Part shown: one piece after another, positions 1-25,600 of the stretch
Numbering within the stretch: position 1 is the stretch's first letter
Layout of the letters: each line of letters starts with the position of its first letter
Assembly (NCBI RefSeq): GCF_006345805.1
Contig: NC_042997.1
Span: forward strand, 114,576,001-114,640,000
Origin: Octopus sinensis
Lineage: Eukaryota
Direction of reading: 5' to 3'
DNA length: 64,000 nucleotides
Notes under the pieces: generated by a model
Told to the model about the DNA's origin: nothing
Seen by the model: only the letters and a program-made list of their open reading frames with translations
The model's database searches: none
Translations under genes and position numbers: made by a program

Positions 1-59
1 TATCTACCTATCTAACAACAAGTAATATGTATGAAGAAAATCATACGTATAGATATATA

Positions 60-586
60 TTGATATACACATGGACTCACACAAAACACGGAGGCCTACA
101 TCAATTGCTCGGAGGAGGCAGTGCTGCCCTGGGTCAAGAGCGTGGCTGCTAGAAGACACTATGTCTGCACCATGCCACACAAGCATGAGAACCTGGCCAT
201 GGCTGTCAGACAAATTCTGTGACCACATCACTCCTAACATCTGGCCTACTAACTCCCCAGATTGCAACCCCCTTGATTATTATGTGTGGGGCGCAGTTGA
301 GTGAGAGACCAACAAAACTCTTTGTAACACCAAAGATGAACTGAAGATAAGGATTATGGCAGCATTGACCAACTTAAACAAGGAGACTGTCCAAAGGTAT
401 TGCTGGAGATTCCGAAGTCGTCTGGAGGCCGTGGTTGAAGCCAATGGTGATTTTATTGAATAAATTTACTCTTTAGTATTTCAAGATATTTCTATGTAAT
501 TTTGGGAAATATATCGGTTAAAATGAGCTGTCAGTGTTATTTTCGTTTTTGTGTAATTTAGACAATAATTTATTCACCTCACCCTG

Positions 587-590
<4 letters not shown>
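60..590 (+). mobile_element. Tc1/mariner-superfamily (maT/DD37D-like) transposase 3' remnant with right TIR
   Basis: Translates to SAPCHTS...WPTNSPDCNPLDYYVWGAVE*ETNKT...RLEAVVEANGDFIE* and ends ...ttattcacctcaccctg+TA. Contains an in-frame stop. Confidence 0.85.
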
Positions 591-620
<30 letters not shown>

Positions 621-776
621 TGTATGTATGTATGTATGTATGTATGTATGATTGTATGTATGTATGTATGTATGTATGTACATATGTATGTATGTATTGT
701 TTTGTTTTGTTTGAGGCTGTATTTGTTTGTATAGCTTAGTGTATATGCATGTTAAACACCATTCATAAATTCATAC

Positions 777-13687
<12,911 letters not shown>

Positions 13688-14689
13688 GATGCCTGGTGTT
13701 TGTTAACAAGAGGAATCTAGAGAAAAACAGAAAAAAGAAACATAAAATTATATGGTTACAGAAAAAATATTTTCACTTCTCTTTCTCTTCATCCCACGGA
13801 AGTTAAAATAAAAAAAAACCCTTATACTATTGACCCGCGTGAAAGTGCCTCTGGCTCCTTCATTAAAAACTACCCATTCATTCTAAATCGTTTAATATTT
13901 TTGCAAGTCCCTTCCTGTTAATTTTTTCCCAAAACAACATTTTAACATACACGTTTAATAATAAGCGAGATTGGAATGAAAGTCGGTGATGATGGCCTGA
14001 CAAAAACTGCAATATTTTAGCTGTGTTATCAGAACCCAGAACTTCTGGCCAGCATCCATAGAGTTGGGTACTAAGTGGATGAAAATCATGCTCTTGGGAG
14101 ACAAAGATGAAGATGAAGCAATGACAATGAGGACTGAAGGGTAAGGACCCTGGTGGGGTTTATGGTTGCAGCATAAGATCGCAGTGTGTGGCAAGGAATA
14201 ATGGTTGCATCAGAAGCTCCCTACCCTTAACCACGGTGACAGGCATATTCACTAATAATGAGATTATTTTACTAAAGCCCTTCATTGGATATTATTAAAA
14301 AGAAAACACAAGCAATGTATATTGTTAGAAATGACTGTGAAAAGGATGAAAGTGTATCTGGGAGACAAGAAACACTTAAATTCAATTGATTCATGTGAAA
14401 TACAAATGACAGCTTGACAGAATTTGAAATCAGAAATTTATATAAGGAAAGCTGACACCAATAAACACTCTGGTATTTCTATAATCTTTTCTCGTCATTT
14501 AGCTGAATTATATCATTTAACTCAGTGTTTTTCAAACAACCCTTTTGTACTACTCCCCACTCGATTTTCAAGCAAAAATGCACCAACATAAATAGACAAT
14601 GTGTATATGTATATGTGTATGTGTGTATATATAAGTTGGCGTATAATAACATGTGTGTATATATATATATATATATATTTATATATAAT

Positions 14690-15135
14690 AATAAATATTA
14701 GGGAATAAATCCAAATTTACAGGGAAAAATCAGATTTAGGATTGAATCCAATTTTATAGTAAAAATTATATTATATTAAATTAGAAACAAACCACTATTA
14801 TGCAATCAAACAAAGAAAGACTTAAGCCAAAACATAAATTAATTTAAATAAATTTAGAAATTTAACATTATAAATAACCACTACGATCGTTTCATGTCTT
14901 ATTTCAGCACATCTTTGAGACATTCTTCAGGTGGTTTCAAAACTCCCAGAAGGTTTTGAAACCACTGAAGAATGTCTCAAGATGTGCTGAAATAAGACAC
15001 GAAACGATCATAGTGGTTATTTATAATTGTTAAATTTCTAAATTTATTTAAATTAATTTATGTATTGGCTTAAGTCTTTCTTTGTTTGATTTGCATAATG
15101 GTGGTTTTATCTCTAATTTAATATAAGATATTATA
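14690..15135. mobile_element. Fold-back element with hammerhead in each arm
   Basis: 14765-14940 is the reverse complement of 14955-15135. The outer left part recurs inverted at about 28005-28100. Confidence 0.75.
14876..14936 (-). ncRNA. Type I hammerhead ribozyme motif, core intact
   Basis: AACCAC-CTGAAGA-ATGTCT[18 nt]AGACAT-GAAA-CGATCG-T-A-GTGGTT: perfect 6-bp stems I and II, palindromic stem III (ACGATCGT), GUA site. Confidence 0.8.
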
Positions 15136-15196
15136 TAATATATTTCTATATATCTATATTTATATATATTATATATATATTTTATATATATTATAT

Positions 15197-15296
15197 NNNN
15201 NNNNNNNNNNNNNNNNNNNNNNNNNNNNNNNNNNNNNNNNNNNNNNNNNNNNNNNNNNNNNNNNNNNNNNNNNNNNNNNNNNNNNNNNNNNNNNNN
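15197..15296. other. Assembly gap (100 N)
   Basis: Run of N between an AT tract and an RTE 3'UTR fragment. Confidence 1.
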
Positions 15297-15654
15297 CCTT
15301 CCTAACGCCAACCACTCCAAGGGTGTAGTGGGTGCTTTTATCTGCTACTGGCATGAGGGCCAGTCTGGTGGTACTGGTAAAGGCCACGCTCAAATGGTGC
15401 TTTTTATGTGCCACCTGTACAGGAATCAGTCCAGTGGCACTGGCAATGACCTCGCTCGAATGTTTTGTTCAAGTGCCAATATATATATATATTTAATAAA
15501 TTAAATAGAGGGATACATATATATAAGGGTATTGAATTGTTTATCTATCAAACATTTGTATAAAGTCAAAGCAAATTATTGGTTTGTTTTGGTTGTTTAA
15601 ATAATTATGTTATATTATAGTATAATATAAATAAAGTATTGGATTGTCAATTAA

Positions 15655-15862
15655 TAATAATAATAATAATGAAATTATTGTATATAGTGCTCAGGTGCAC
15701 CACAACTTGTCAGACAGTGCGTATAAAGTATATGCAGTAATGTACAAATGTCTGGAAAGCGAATAATGTATGAATCAGACACATGCTTGTGTGTGTATGG
15801 AGGGGAGAAAATCAGGTGTAGTGTTGGCGAATCTCAGAAAGCATGGAAGTTTTGAAGGATAC
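15655..15862 (-). mobile_element. 3' end fragment of CR1-type LINE
   Basis: Shares the gtgcacctgagcact...(ATT)n terminus with the LINE at 48440-52570. Confidence 0.8.
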
Positions 15863-16699
15863 AGTTAATCGCTCTATTTAATTTATTATTTGTAATTTGC
15901 ATTATACCCATTTTTATGTGGTATCTAACCAATATACCAGTGAATTGGATGTTTTACACATCCATTTAAAGGAATTCTTTTCTTTTGCTTGTTACCTTAT
16001 ATATTTATACATATATACATATATATACACATACAATAAGTTCATTATTATTATATATAAGGAGTTGAGTTGTATGAATGTACCACTGTTACACATAAGA
16101 AAGCTATTAGTATTTTTTTGAACTTCGACACTGAGTTCGATTACGGTCAAATTTAATATCTATTGTAGAAATATTATTTTAACCATTTTGCTCATTGATA
16201 AGGTTCTTTAAAGACATTCAAAATAAAACTTCCATAGTTCAACATAAAATATTTGATTAAATAATGCAATTAATTTCATTTAGAAAGCAACTATGAAGAG
16301 TAAAATAGCTCAAGGATTATGTCTGGTCAAAAGATGCAAGGGAAACAACTCTGAAACATTCCTAGAATTTTCACAGTACTTGCAAAAGCTTCGACTCACT
16401 CCTCCTTCAATATCACTGTTCAAGTTATCTCCCTTATTCTTCTTCAACTGGAATTCTCTCCAGCATCAATCTAATTTTTTCCTCTCATTTCTAAATTTAA
16501 CATTTTTCATTCTCTATATTAAATAAACTAAACACCAGATTTGCCGCTAATCTTCCACTGATGATATACAAAAGATATAATCATTTCAATGATTTCTAGG
16601 GTCAGAGTCTGCCTTTTATCCTTTTTTTCATTAGATCTTCATTTCCTACATGACACAATACTACACGGAATTAAACTACAATTTTTTTTATCATTTCAG

Positions 16700-16762
16700 T
16701 GACTGGACATTTTATAGAAACATCACCTCTGTGCAAAGACTTTCATTGCCAAAATGCACACA
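16700..16762 (+). CDS. Gene P candidate exon, 63 nt ([21 protein letters not shown])
   Basis: Acceptor tttttttatcatttcag, donor A|gtgagt. Symmetric phase 1, with C-x4-C. Confidence 0.6.
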
Positions 16763-17942
16763 GTGAGTATTGCATTTTCATTTTTTCTCAGTCCTTCATC
16801 ATCATCATTTAATGTCCTCTCTCCATGCTGACATAGATCAGACGGTTTGATTGGAACTGATGAGCCCGGTTCCAGTCTGATTTGGCATAGTTTCTATAGT
16901 TAGATGCCCTTCCTAATGCCAACCACTCCAGGAGTATAGTGGGTGTTTTTATGTGCCACTGGCACAAGTGCCATTTTCATGACACCAGCAATGACCATGA
17001 CTACACTTCATGGGTGCCTTTAACATGACACTGGCAACGATCACAACTAAGATTCACAGGTGCCTCATGCCGGTGGCACGTAAAAAGCACCATCTGATTA
17101 TGGTCGATACCAGCTCCTCTGGCCCCTGTGCCGGTGGCACGTAAATAGCACCCACTACACTCTTGGAGTGGTTGCCAATAGGAAGGGCATCCAGCTGTAG
17201 AAACACTGCCAGATCAGATTGGGGCCTGGTGCAGCCTCCTGGCTTCCCAGACCCCAGTCGAACCATCCAACTCATGCCAGAATGGAATATGGACGTTAAA
17301 CGATGACGATGATGATATAGGGTGCAGTGAATAAACTCTCATCTAAATTACACAAAAATGAAAATAACATTGACATCTCAGGCCACATGGGAAGATGAAT
17401 GGAGGCATAACATCGCCATCACTAGTGATCACTCGAAGCACCATGATGTTGACTGGATGTTTGATTTTTATCACTTTCGGTACATGTCCTCATATTGACA
17501 GGCAAACACTCTAAAATGTTTGTATTGGAGCTTCCAGTGTAAATGCCAAACAGTACAGCATGTCATTTCCAAATTTCTGGCAGACCAAATTGCATCATGG
17601 TGCTGTTTTTCTCAGAGACAATACCCAACTGACCCTACTATACTGTGTAGTCAACAAAATCAAAAACAAACGATGCACATGCGTGAAATTAAAAATATAA
17701 AATAGCCACAGTTTACCCATCATACCCTGTGTGTGTGCGCACGCCTGTGTATTCCTCCTCCCCTTCCTTCTCCCCCTCCTCTCTCCCCCCTCCTCTCCTC
17801 CCCCTCTTCTCCTCTCTCCACACTACACCACACGACTTTACACATCACATCATATATGATGTGCCATACTAATACATACTAATACATACACCAACCCTAT
17901 ACATACACACGTCCAGACCTCTCATACGCACTAATACTCTCT

Positions 17943-17983
<41 letters not shown>

Positions 17984-20900
17984 ATACATACTAATACGTA
18001 CTAATACATACTAATACATACACCAACCCTATACATACACACGTCCAGACCTCTCATACGCACTAATACTCTCTCATACACACACACACACACACACACC
18101 CTTATGTTGGAGCTGGTCACTCAACCCTATTATCTCCCCTAATTTCGCTCTCGCGTCTCATGTTTGATCTTTGACTTCTGGCCGAAATCAGATCGCCATG
18201 TTGGTTCGTTAGTTACTGCACGCATTTTTTTTCTCTCCTTCTTTCTGTGTTTTTTTCTCTCTGTGTATCTTTCTGTTGAAGAGCGTAGGCTCGAAACGTT
18301 AAAGACTTGTTTTATTTATATTTCCTGAGCGCCATACTAATACAATTGTTTGTTTGTTTTCCACCTGCCTTCGTCTTTTGTCTATTTTCATAAAGCTTCC
18401 CGTTATATATATATATATATATATACTCACACACATGATTATGCATGTGTCTTTGTGCTTGTGTCCCCATAGATTGGATGTTCAGTGTTGGTTTGTTTAT
18501 GTTCAAATAACTTAGCAGTGTTGGCAAAAGAGATCAATAGAGTAAGTGCCAGACTTAAGAAATAAGTACCGGGATTGAAATCATTTCAAGCAAATATTTC
18601 TGTTAATTTCATTAATGAGATTAGAAAAGCAAAACTGTTAAATACACAATCAAGGCTGTTTACTTTTAGAAATGTAGATGCTTTGAGAAATATGGCCTTT
18701 TTTTATATCTAACCAAAGACTTTTTCACACAAAATATTCATTTTAAATTTTGGCCCAAGGTCAGCAATTTTGAGGATAGCAGGTGGTAGGGGGTGGGGGG
18801 CTAGTCGATTGCATCAACTCCAGCACTCAACCGGTACTTATTTCATTGACCCCAAAACGATGAAAGGCAGAGCTGGGCCTTGGCGGAACTTGAACTCAGA
18901 ACATAATGACAGACAAATGTTGCTAAGCATTTTGCCCGGCATGCTTACAATTCTGTCAGCTCGCTGCCTTAATAATAATAATGATAATAATAATAATAAT
19001 AATGCCCTGATGCAGTACCAGGCAATGGCTCTCATGGCTTCTGATCTTAACTGATTGGAAGTGTTATCATGTACATTGTTTTGTCTTGGTATAAAAGATG
19101 GGCTACAGCAAATATTCTGCTCAATACCACAGATTTGCTTGTCAGTTGTTTGACCTTAACCAGTTGAGCATGTCCCTTAGTGGCTGACGATATGTGCATC
19201 TCTGATCACGAGCAGAAGTAGTGGGGGAGCATCATAGCCATGTGTTGAGAGGGATTCTTTGGGGTTTGAATAATTCACCTCTGGAAATATGGGTGGTTCT
19301 TTCAACATCCTTAAACAACCCTTATTCAGGGACCGTTGAGCGTTTGAGCGGGAGGGCTACTCAACCTGAAGAAAATTCTAACTGGGCCCCACCTGCAAGG
19401 TCATGTGCTGTTTATCTTGATATGAGATCACCATGTCGCGCACATATGGTTGTGATGCATGTGCCTGGTGTGCCTTTATCAGACGGGTAGTCATGATGGG
19501 TATATTGGGCTTCGTATATTTTACCCCAGTGTCACTTTGATGGCATGAACTGCTCTCTCACTCAATAATAATAATAATAATAATTACCCTGATGCAGTAC
19601 CAGGCAGTGGCTCTCATGGCTTCTGATCTTAACTGATTGGAAGTGTTATCTTGTACATTGTTTTGTCTTGGTATAAAAAATGGGCTACAGCAAATATTCT
19701 GCTCAATACCACAGATTTGCTTGTCAGTTGCTTGACCTTGACCAGTTTAGTATGTCCTCTTAGTGGCTGGTAATTTGTTCATCTCTGATCATGAGCAGAA
19801 GTAGTGGGGGAGCATCATAGCCATGTGTTGAGAGGAATTATTTGGGGTTTGAATAATTCACCTCTGGAAACATGGGAGTAAGAGTAAACCACAATCCAAT
19901 GTTTTCCCATTGTTTTACTTTGATGTCATCCACATGCCTCTTTCATCTGCTTCCTCAGCATCTTTTGTTACACCTTTCCCACTGCAGCTTTGTACCGTTT
20001 TACGTAGCTTTTTTTCTCATCTTCCATATATCTTCCTTGTTATTGTTATTGTCTTCATCACAATTATCATCATCATCATTATCTTCATCATTATTTTCGT
20101 TATTATTATTTATCATCATTATTGCTATCATCACTATCAAAATCATCATCACTGCTGTCATTATTGTCATTATTATCACCAACATCTTTATCATCATCAT
20201 CATCATCATCTTCATCATCGTTATTGTTATCATCATCCTCATTGTCATCATTGTCACCACCACCCTCATCATCATCATTATTGTCATCGTTGTCATCATC
20301 AACATTATCATCATGCTCAACATCATCATCATCATTGTCAAGATTATTATCCTCCTCCTCCTCCTCCTCATCATCATCATCATCATGACTGTCATCTTCA
20401 GTTTGCCTTCAAACTTAATTTATCCCATTCTTTTCTTCTTTCTTCCTTTCTGTCTAACCCTAATATATTTTCTTTGATATTTTCTTCCAGTGAACCCAGA
20501 AATTTTTCGCATTTGTCAACAAATTGGTTGTTACAATGAAAACCCAAGTAAGAATCACAATTATTTTCTAGTAATGAACATTTGTACCATAATCTGTAGT
20601 AATCATAATTGTCACCACCATCATCATCATAAGTCTTTCCAAGCACAGCATATCGCCAAACGTCTCGGTCACTTGTCATATACATATATACATATATATA
20701 TACTAGCAGTATCACCTGGCGTTGCTTGGGTTTGTTTCAACCCTTAAGAATTGGAATTTTTGAAAAGTAAAAATTTTGCATTATGTAGCTTGTTATTCTC
20801 TTTAAGTGAACATTTTTTTGGTTGAAATACACTGGAAAATGGCAACACAGCAGTAAAAAAATCGTAAAAAATAGGGATTTTCATAGAAAAAGCACCTTTT

Positions 20901-21529
20901 TGATGTAAATAATTTTTGGTGTTAACATGGTCCAATTTGAAGTTTTTCTTCTACGGAATGAAGAGCAAGCCTTCTTTTGTCATACTCTCAATTTTGGTCA
21001 ACTTGCGTTGCAGGGTCTTGGAGGAGATAGTGTTAGTTGAAGGCTATCAAACCTGCCATACACGGACAACTTCAGCTTTATATAGAGAGAGATGACAGAG
21101 TGGTGTTTCATCATGATAATGCAAGTCCTATGCTGCAAAGATTACACCAGAAGAAAAAAATTGAAGAACTTGGCCTTATTCCCTATCTTGTGCCTTGGAC
21201 CCTGCTCCTTTTGATTACCAGTTGTTTCAAAGCTTACAAAATCATTTAGACGGATTTGTACTCAAGTGCTCCAAAGAGGTTGAAACTGACCTCTCTTCCT
21301 TTTTCTCATCAAAGCCTAAAGTGTTTTTCACTAATGGAATTTTAAAATTGATGAGTAGATGGAAGGAAGTCATCAATGACAATAGGAATTAAATTTTTAT
21401 AAAATGTAAAATTAAATCACTTTCTTTTCCATACCCAAAATTCAGACATTACCTCTGAGATGACCTGTTACACACACACACACACACCTCTATTATATAC
21501 ACATATATCATATATATATATATATAATA

Positions 21530-21561
<32 letters not shown>

Positions 21562-22587
21562 TATATTTATATATATAAAAATATATATGAGAAAGGTTGA
21601 GTTCAAATAGAACAGTTTTATTTTGGGGGCAGGGGGTTCAAAGTTAGTTTTCCAATAAAGAGTTTTAGTTCCTACACAACTAGACTCAACACTACCTAAG
21701 CATATTTCTATATTTCATCTTTCACAACCTTTTTATCAATATCCAAATGAGTTATGCGACATGCACTCAATACAGACTCCTGTAACAACATAATTCTTCC
21801 ATTACAACTTTTCTGATGTATCCTTCATTTTTGCACTAAGGTAAATGGTAATATATAATAAAATTAATTTTAATTGGTTGTATACTGTCAATCTAACATG
21901 AACGTGACAGTAGTGGGGTCCACCACCGCTGTTTTGCCCCCTACTGTCACATTCATGTTATATTGACAGTATACAACCATTCTATCGCCCCACCACCGTA
22001 CATATCTCTATGAGAGATTTAGAAATTTAATATTTCTGATTAATTTTAATTATAATTAGTTTAATCTCTTTCATGTTTCTTACATGTTGGTGTTACTATT
22101 TGAAACGGTCGTATGCATGGATTAAAATTTTGTAAAACTTTTAACACCTTCTCTTCTCCATCTTTAATTGTTTGTTGAGTTTATATAGGACTGTATTCTA
22201 TAAATGGTCATAATACACCATGTGTGTATCTGTGTGTGTGTGTACTTACTTGGAAATGGATATACATATGAACAGCTTACTTTCATAACCTGAGATACTT
22301 TTGAGTAATTGAGGAAACAACAACTTGAATATATCTGACTTTGATAGGAAGGCTAAGATTCGCCTCCTGTCTATATGGCATCTATTCCCAATTTGACTGA
22401 AAAAAAATTTGACACGCATGAAGCCAGCAGCTTTCAGATTGCGTTTTAATAGTTATCATGAAATCAACCAAATATGCACTTATACTGGTTTTGAAAGCAA
22501 GCTCCTCATATACATATACACTCATATATATATACATACACATACACACACACGCACACACACACGCACACACACACACGCACACAC

Positions 22588-22623
<36 letters not shown>

Positions 22624-25600
22624 CATATACATATATCTATTTCACGTTGCTCCAGTTCACTCAGCTGTAGAAATGAGTTGCGACGTCACTGGTGCCAAGC
22701 TGTATCGACCTTTGTCTTTCCCTTGGATAACACTGGTGGCGTGGAGAGTGGAGGCTGGTATGCAAGGGCGACTGCTGGTCTTCCATAAACAACCTTGCCC
22801 GGACTTGTGTCTAGGAGGGTAACTTTCTAGGTGCAATCCCATGGTCATTCATGACCGAAGGGGGTCAAATAAAAAAAAATACATATATAAAATATCTTTT
22901 TGTTATTCTGCTGTGTAAGAGCCAGTGACACTATAGATAGATACATCATATTTGCTTTAGTGTCAGATCTGCTTGTATATGATTGATAAACAAAGTTTTC
23001 AATCTGCATTTGAAGTTATTATATTTTATCAATGAAATAAAAATGATCACTAATAAAAATTTTCTCATTTCTACAGGACCATATCCTCCCCCAATAAATT
23101 CTCCACCAGGAAACTTTCCACCAGTAAACTATCCACCAGGAAACTTTCCACCAGGCAACTCTCCAACAGGAAACTCTCCGCCAGGAAACTCTCCACCAGT
23201 AAACTATCCACCAGTAAACTATCCACCAGTAAACTATCCACCAGGAAACTTTGCACCAGGCAACTCTCCACCAGGAAACTCTCCGCCAGGAAACTCTCCA
23301 CCAGTAAACTATCCACCAGGAAACTATCCACCAGGAATCTTTCCACCAGGAATCTTTCCAGGCAACTCTCCACCAGTAAACTTTCCACCAGGAAACTCTC
23401 CACCAGTAAACTTTCCACCAGGCAACTTTCCACCAGGAAACTCTCCAGCAGGAAACCCTCCACTAGGCAACTCTCCACCAGGAAACTTTCCACCAGTAAA
23501 CTTTCCACCAGGAAACTCTCCATCAGGAAACTTTCCGCCAGGAAGCTTTCCACCAGGAAACTATCCACCAGGAATCTTTCCCTCAGGCAACTCTCCAGCA
23601 GTAAACTTTCCACCAGGCAACTCTCCAGCAGTAAACTTTCCACCAGGCAACTCTCCACCAGGAAACTCTCCACCAGTAAACTTTCCATCAGGAAACTATC
23701 CACCAGGAAACTTTGCACCAGGAATCTTTCCCCCAGGCGACTCTCCAGCAGTAAACTTTCCACCAGTAGACTTTCCACCAGGAAACTATCCACCAGGAAA
23801 CTTTCCACCAGGCAACTCTCCACCAGTAAACTCTCCACCAGTAAATACTCCACCAGTAAACACTCTACCAGGAATCTTTCTCCCAGGCGACTCTCCAGCA
23901 GTAAACTTTCCACCAGTAGACTTTCCACCAGGCAACTCTCCACCAGTAAACTTTCCACCAGGAAACTATCCACCAGGAAACTTTCCACCAGGAATCTTTC
24001 CACCAGTAAACTCTCCACCAGTAAACTCTCCACCAGTAAACTCTCCACCAGTAAACACTCCACCAGTAAACACTCCACCAGTAGACTTTCCACCAGTAGA
24101 CTATCCACCAGGCAACTCTCCACCAGTAAACTTTCCACCAGGAAACTATCCACCAGGAAACTTTCCACCAGGAATCTTTCCACCAGTAAACTCTCCACCA
24201 GTAAACTCTCCACCAGTAAACACTCCACCAGTAAACGCTCCACCAGTAGACTTTCCACCAGTAAACTATCCACCAGTAGACTTTCCATCAGGCAACACTC
24301 CGCCAGTAAACTATCCGCCAGTTCCACCATATTATGATTCAGGTAATGTTTTTTGAAAGCTTGTTATTTCAATGTTTTAGACAAATACTTGTTTTTGATT
24401 AACTGGATAATTGTTTTTCTATTGAACTCTCACACAGACTAAACTGCTATCCTACCATACTGTCACTCACTAATATGCTACAAATTTTGCCAGTCGTGGC
24501 CAATGCCAGTGCCGCCTGATGGACACCTGTGCTGGTGGCACATAAAAAGCACCAGTCAAGCATGGCCGATGCTAGTGCCACCTGATGGGCACCTGTGCTG
24601 TTGGCACATAAAAAGCACCAATCAAGCATGGCCGATGACAGTGTTGCCTGACTGGCATCCATGCCAGTGGCACATAGAAAGCACCATTCAAGCGTGGCTG
24701 ATGCCAGTGCCACCTGACTGGCTCCCATGCCAGTGGCATGTAAAAAGCACCATTCAAGTGTGGCTGATGCCAGTTCCCCCCTGACTGGCACCCATGCTGG
24801 TGACATAAAAAGCACCATTGGAGTGTGGTCTATGCCAGTGCCACCTAACTGGCTCCCATGCCGGTGGCACATAAAAAGCACCATTCAAGCGTGGCCGATG
24901 CCAGTGCCACCTGACTGGCTCCCATGCCAGTGGCATGTAAAAGCACTCACACCACTCTCGGAGTGGTTGGCATTAGGAAGGATATCCAGCTGTAGAAACC
25001 TTACTAAATCAAACTGGAACCTGTGCAGCTTCCCAGTTTGCCAGTCCTCAATCAAATCGTCCAACCCGTGCCAGGATGGAAAACAGATATCAAATGACAA
25101 CAATGGTGATGATGACTATTTGAAGAACTTGAAATGTATTTGAACCAAACATTTCACATTCTCTTATGCTGTGTATGTACTTTTAGCTTTCATTGCTATC
25201 ATTCTCTACGTGACTTCTATGTCTGCTTTTTGTCCCCACTTTTAACTTTTTCCAACATGCTTTTAGTGCACCTGAGCAGGGTTGAGTTCATCATCATCAT
25301 TATTATTGTTATTTATCTGCGGCTTTATATAGCTATGGTACAACCTCACCTGGAATTTGCATCACCAGTCTTGCCCAGGATATTAATCATCTGGAAGTCA
25401 TTCAGCGACGTGCAACCAAGAGAATACCCTCCATCAGGCATTTGCCATATTCTGAACGTCTTGCTTCCCTGGGCATGGATACATTGAAACTCTGACGTCT
25501 GGCAGCTGACTTGGCAGACACCCATAAAATTATTAACCATCTTACAAACAATAACTCTGAGCACCTTTTCAAACTCCATCTGTCTAACACTCATGGACAT

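Noticed and set aside
14033-14140. Plus-strand exon candidate ending GAAGG|gtaagg as the start of gene P
   Set aside because: It ends in phase 2 (gene P needs phase 1), and MKIMLLGDKDEDE is not a signal peptide.
16293-16526. ORF MKSKIAQGLCLV... as the gene P start exon
   Set aside because: There is no consensus phase-1 donor and no hydrophobic core.
19872-20539. 200-aa poly-Ile/His/Ser/Met ORFs
   Set aside because: They come from a trinucleotide tract open in most frames. Only the 57-nt exon at 20491-20547 has splice support.
22250-22396. Minus-strand exon-like segment with acceptor and two gtaag donors
   Set aside because: It is open in only one phase, has no partner exons or recognisable product, and could be chance in AT-rich DNA.
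23071-24330. 419-aa antisense ORF (VESFL repeats)
   Set aside because: It is the shadow of the 15-nt coding repeat. Splice sites and neighbouring exons support only the plus strand.
24490-24960. CRISPR-like regular repeats
   Set aside because: Degenerate tandem units with no unique spacers and no cas genes. They are part of a eukaryotic RTE 3'UTR.
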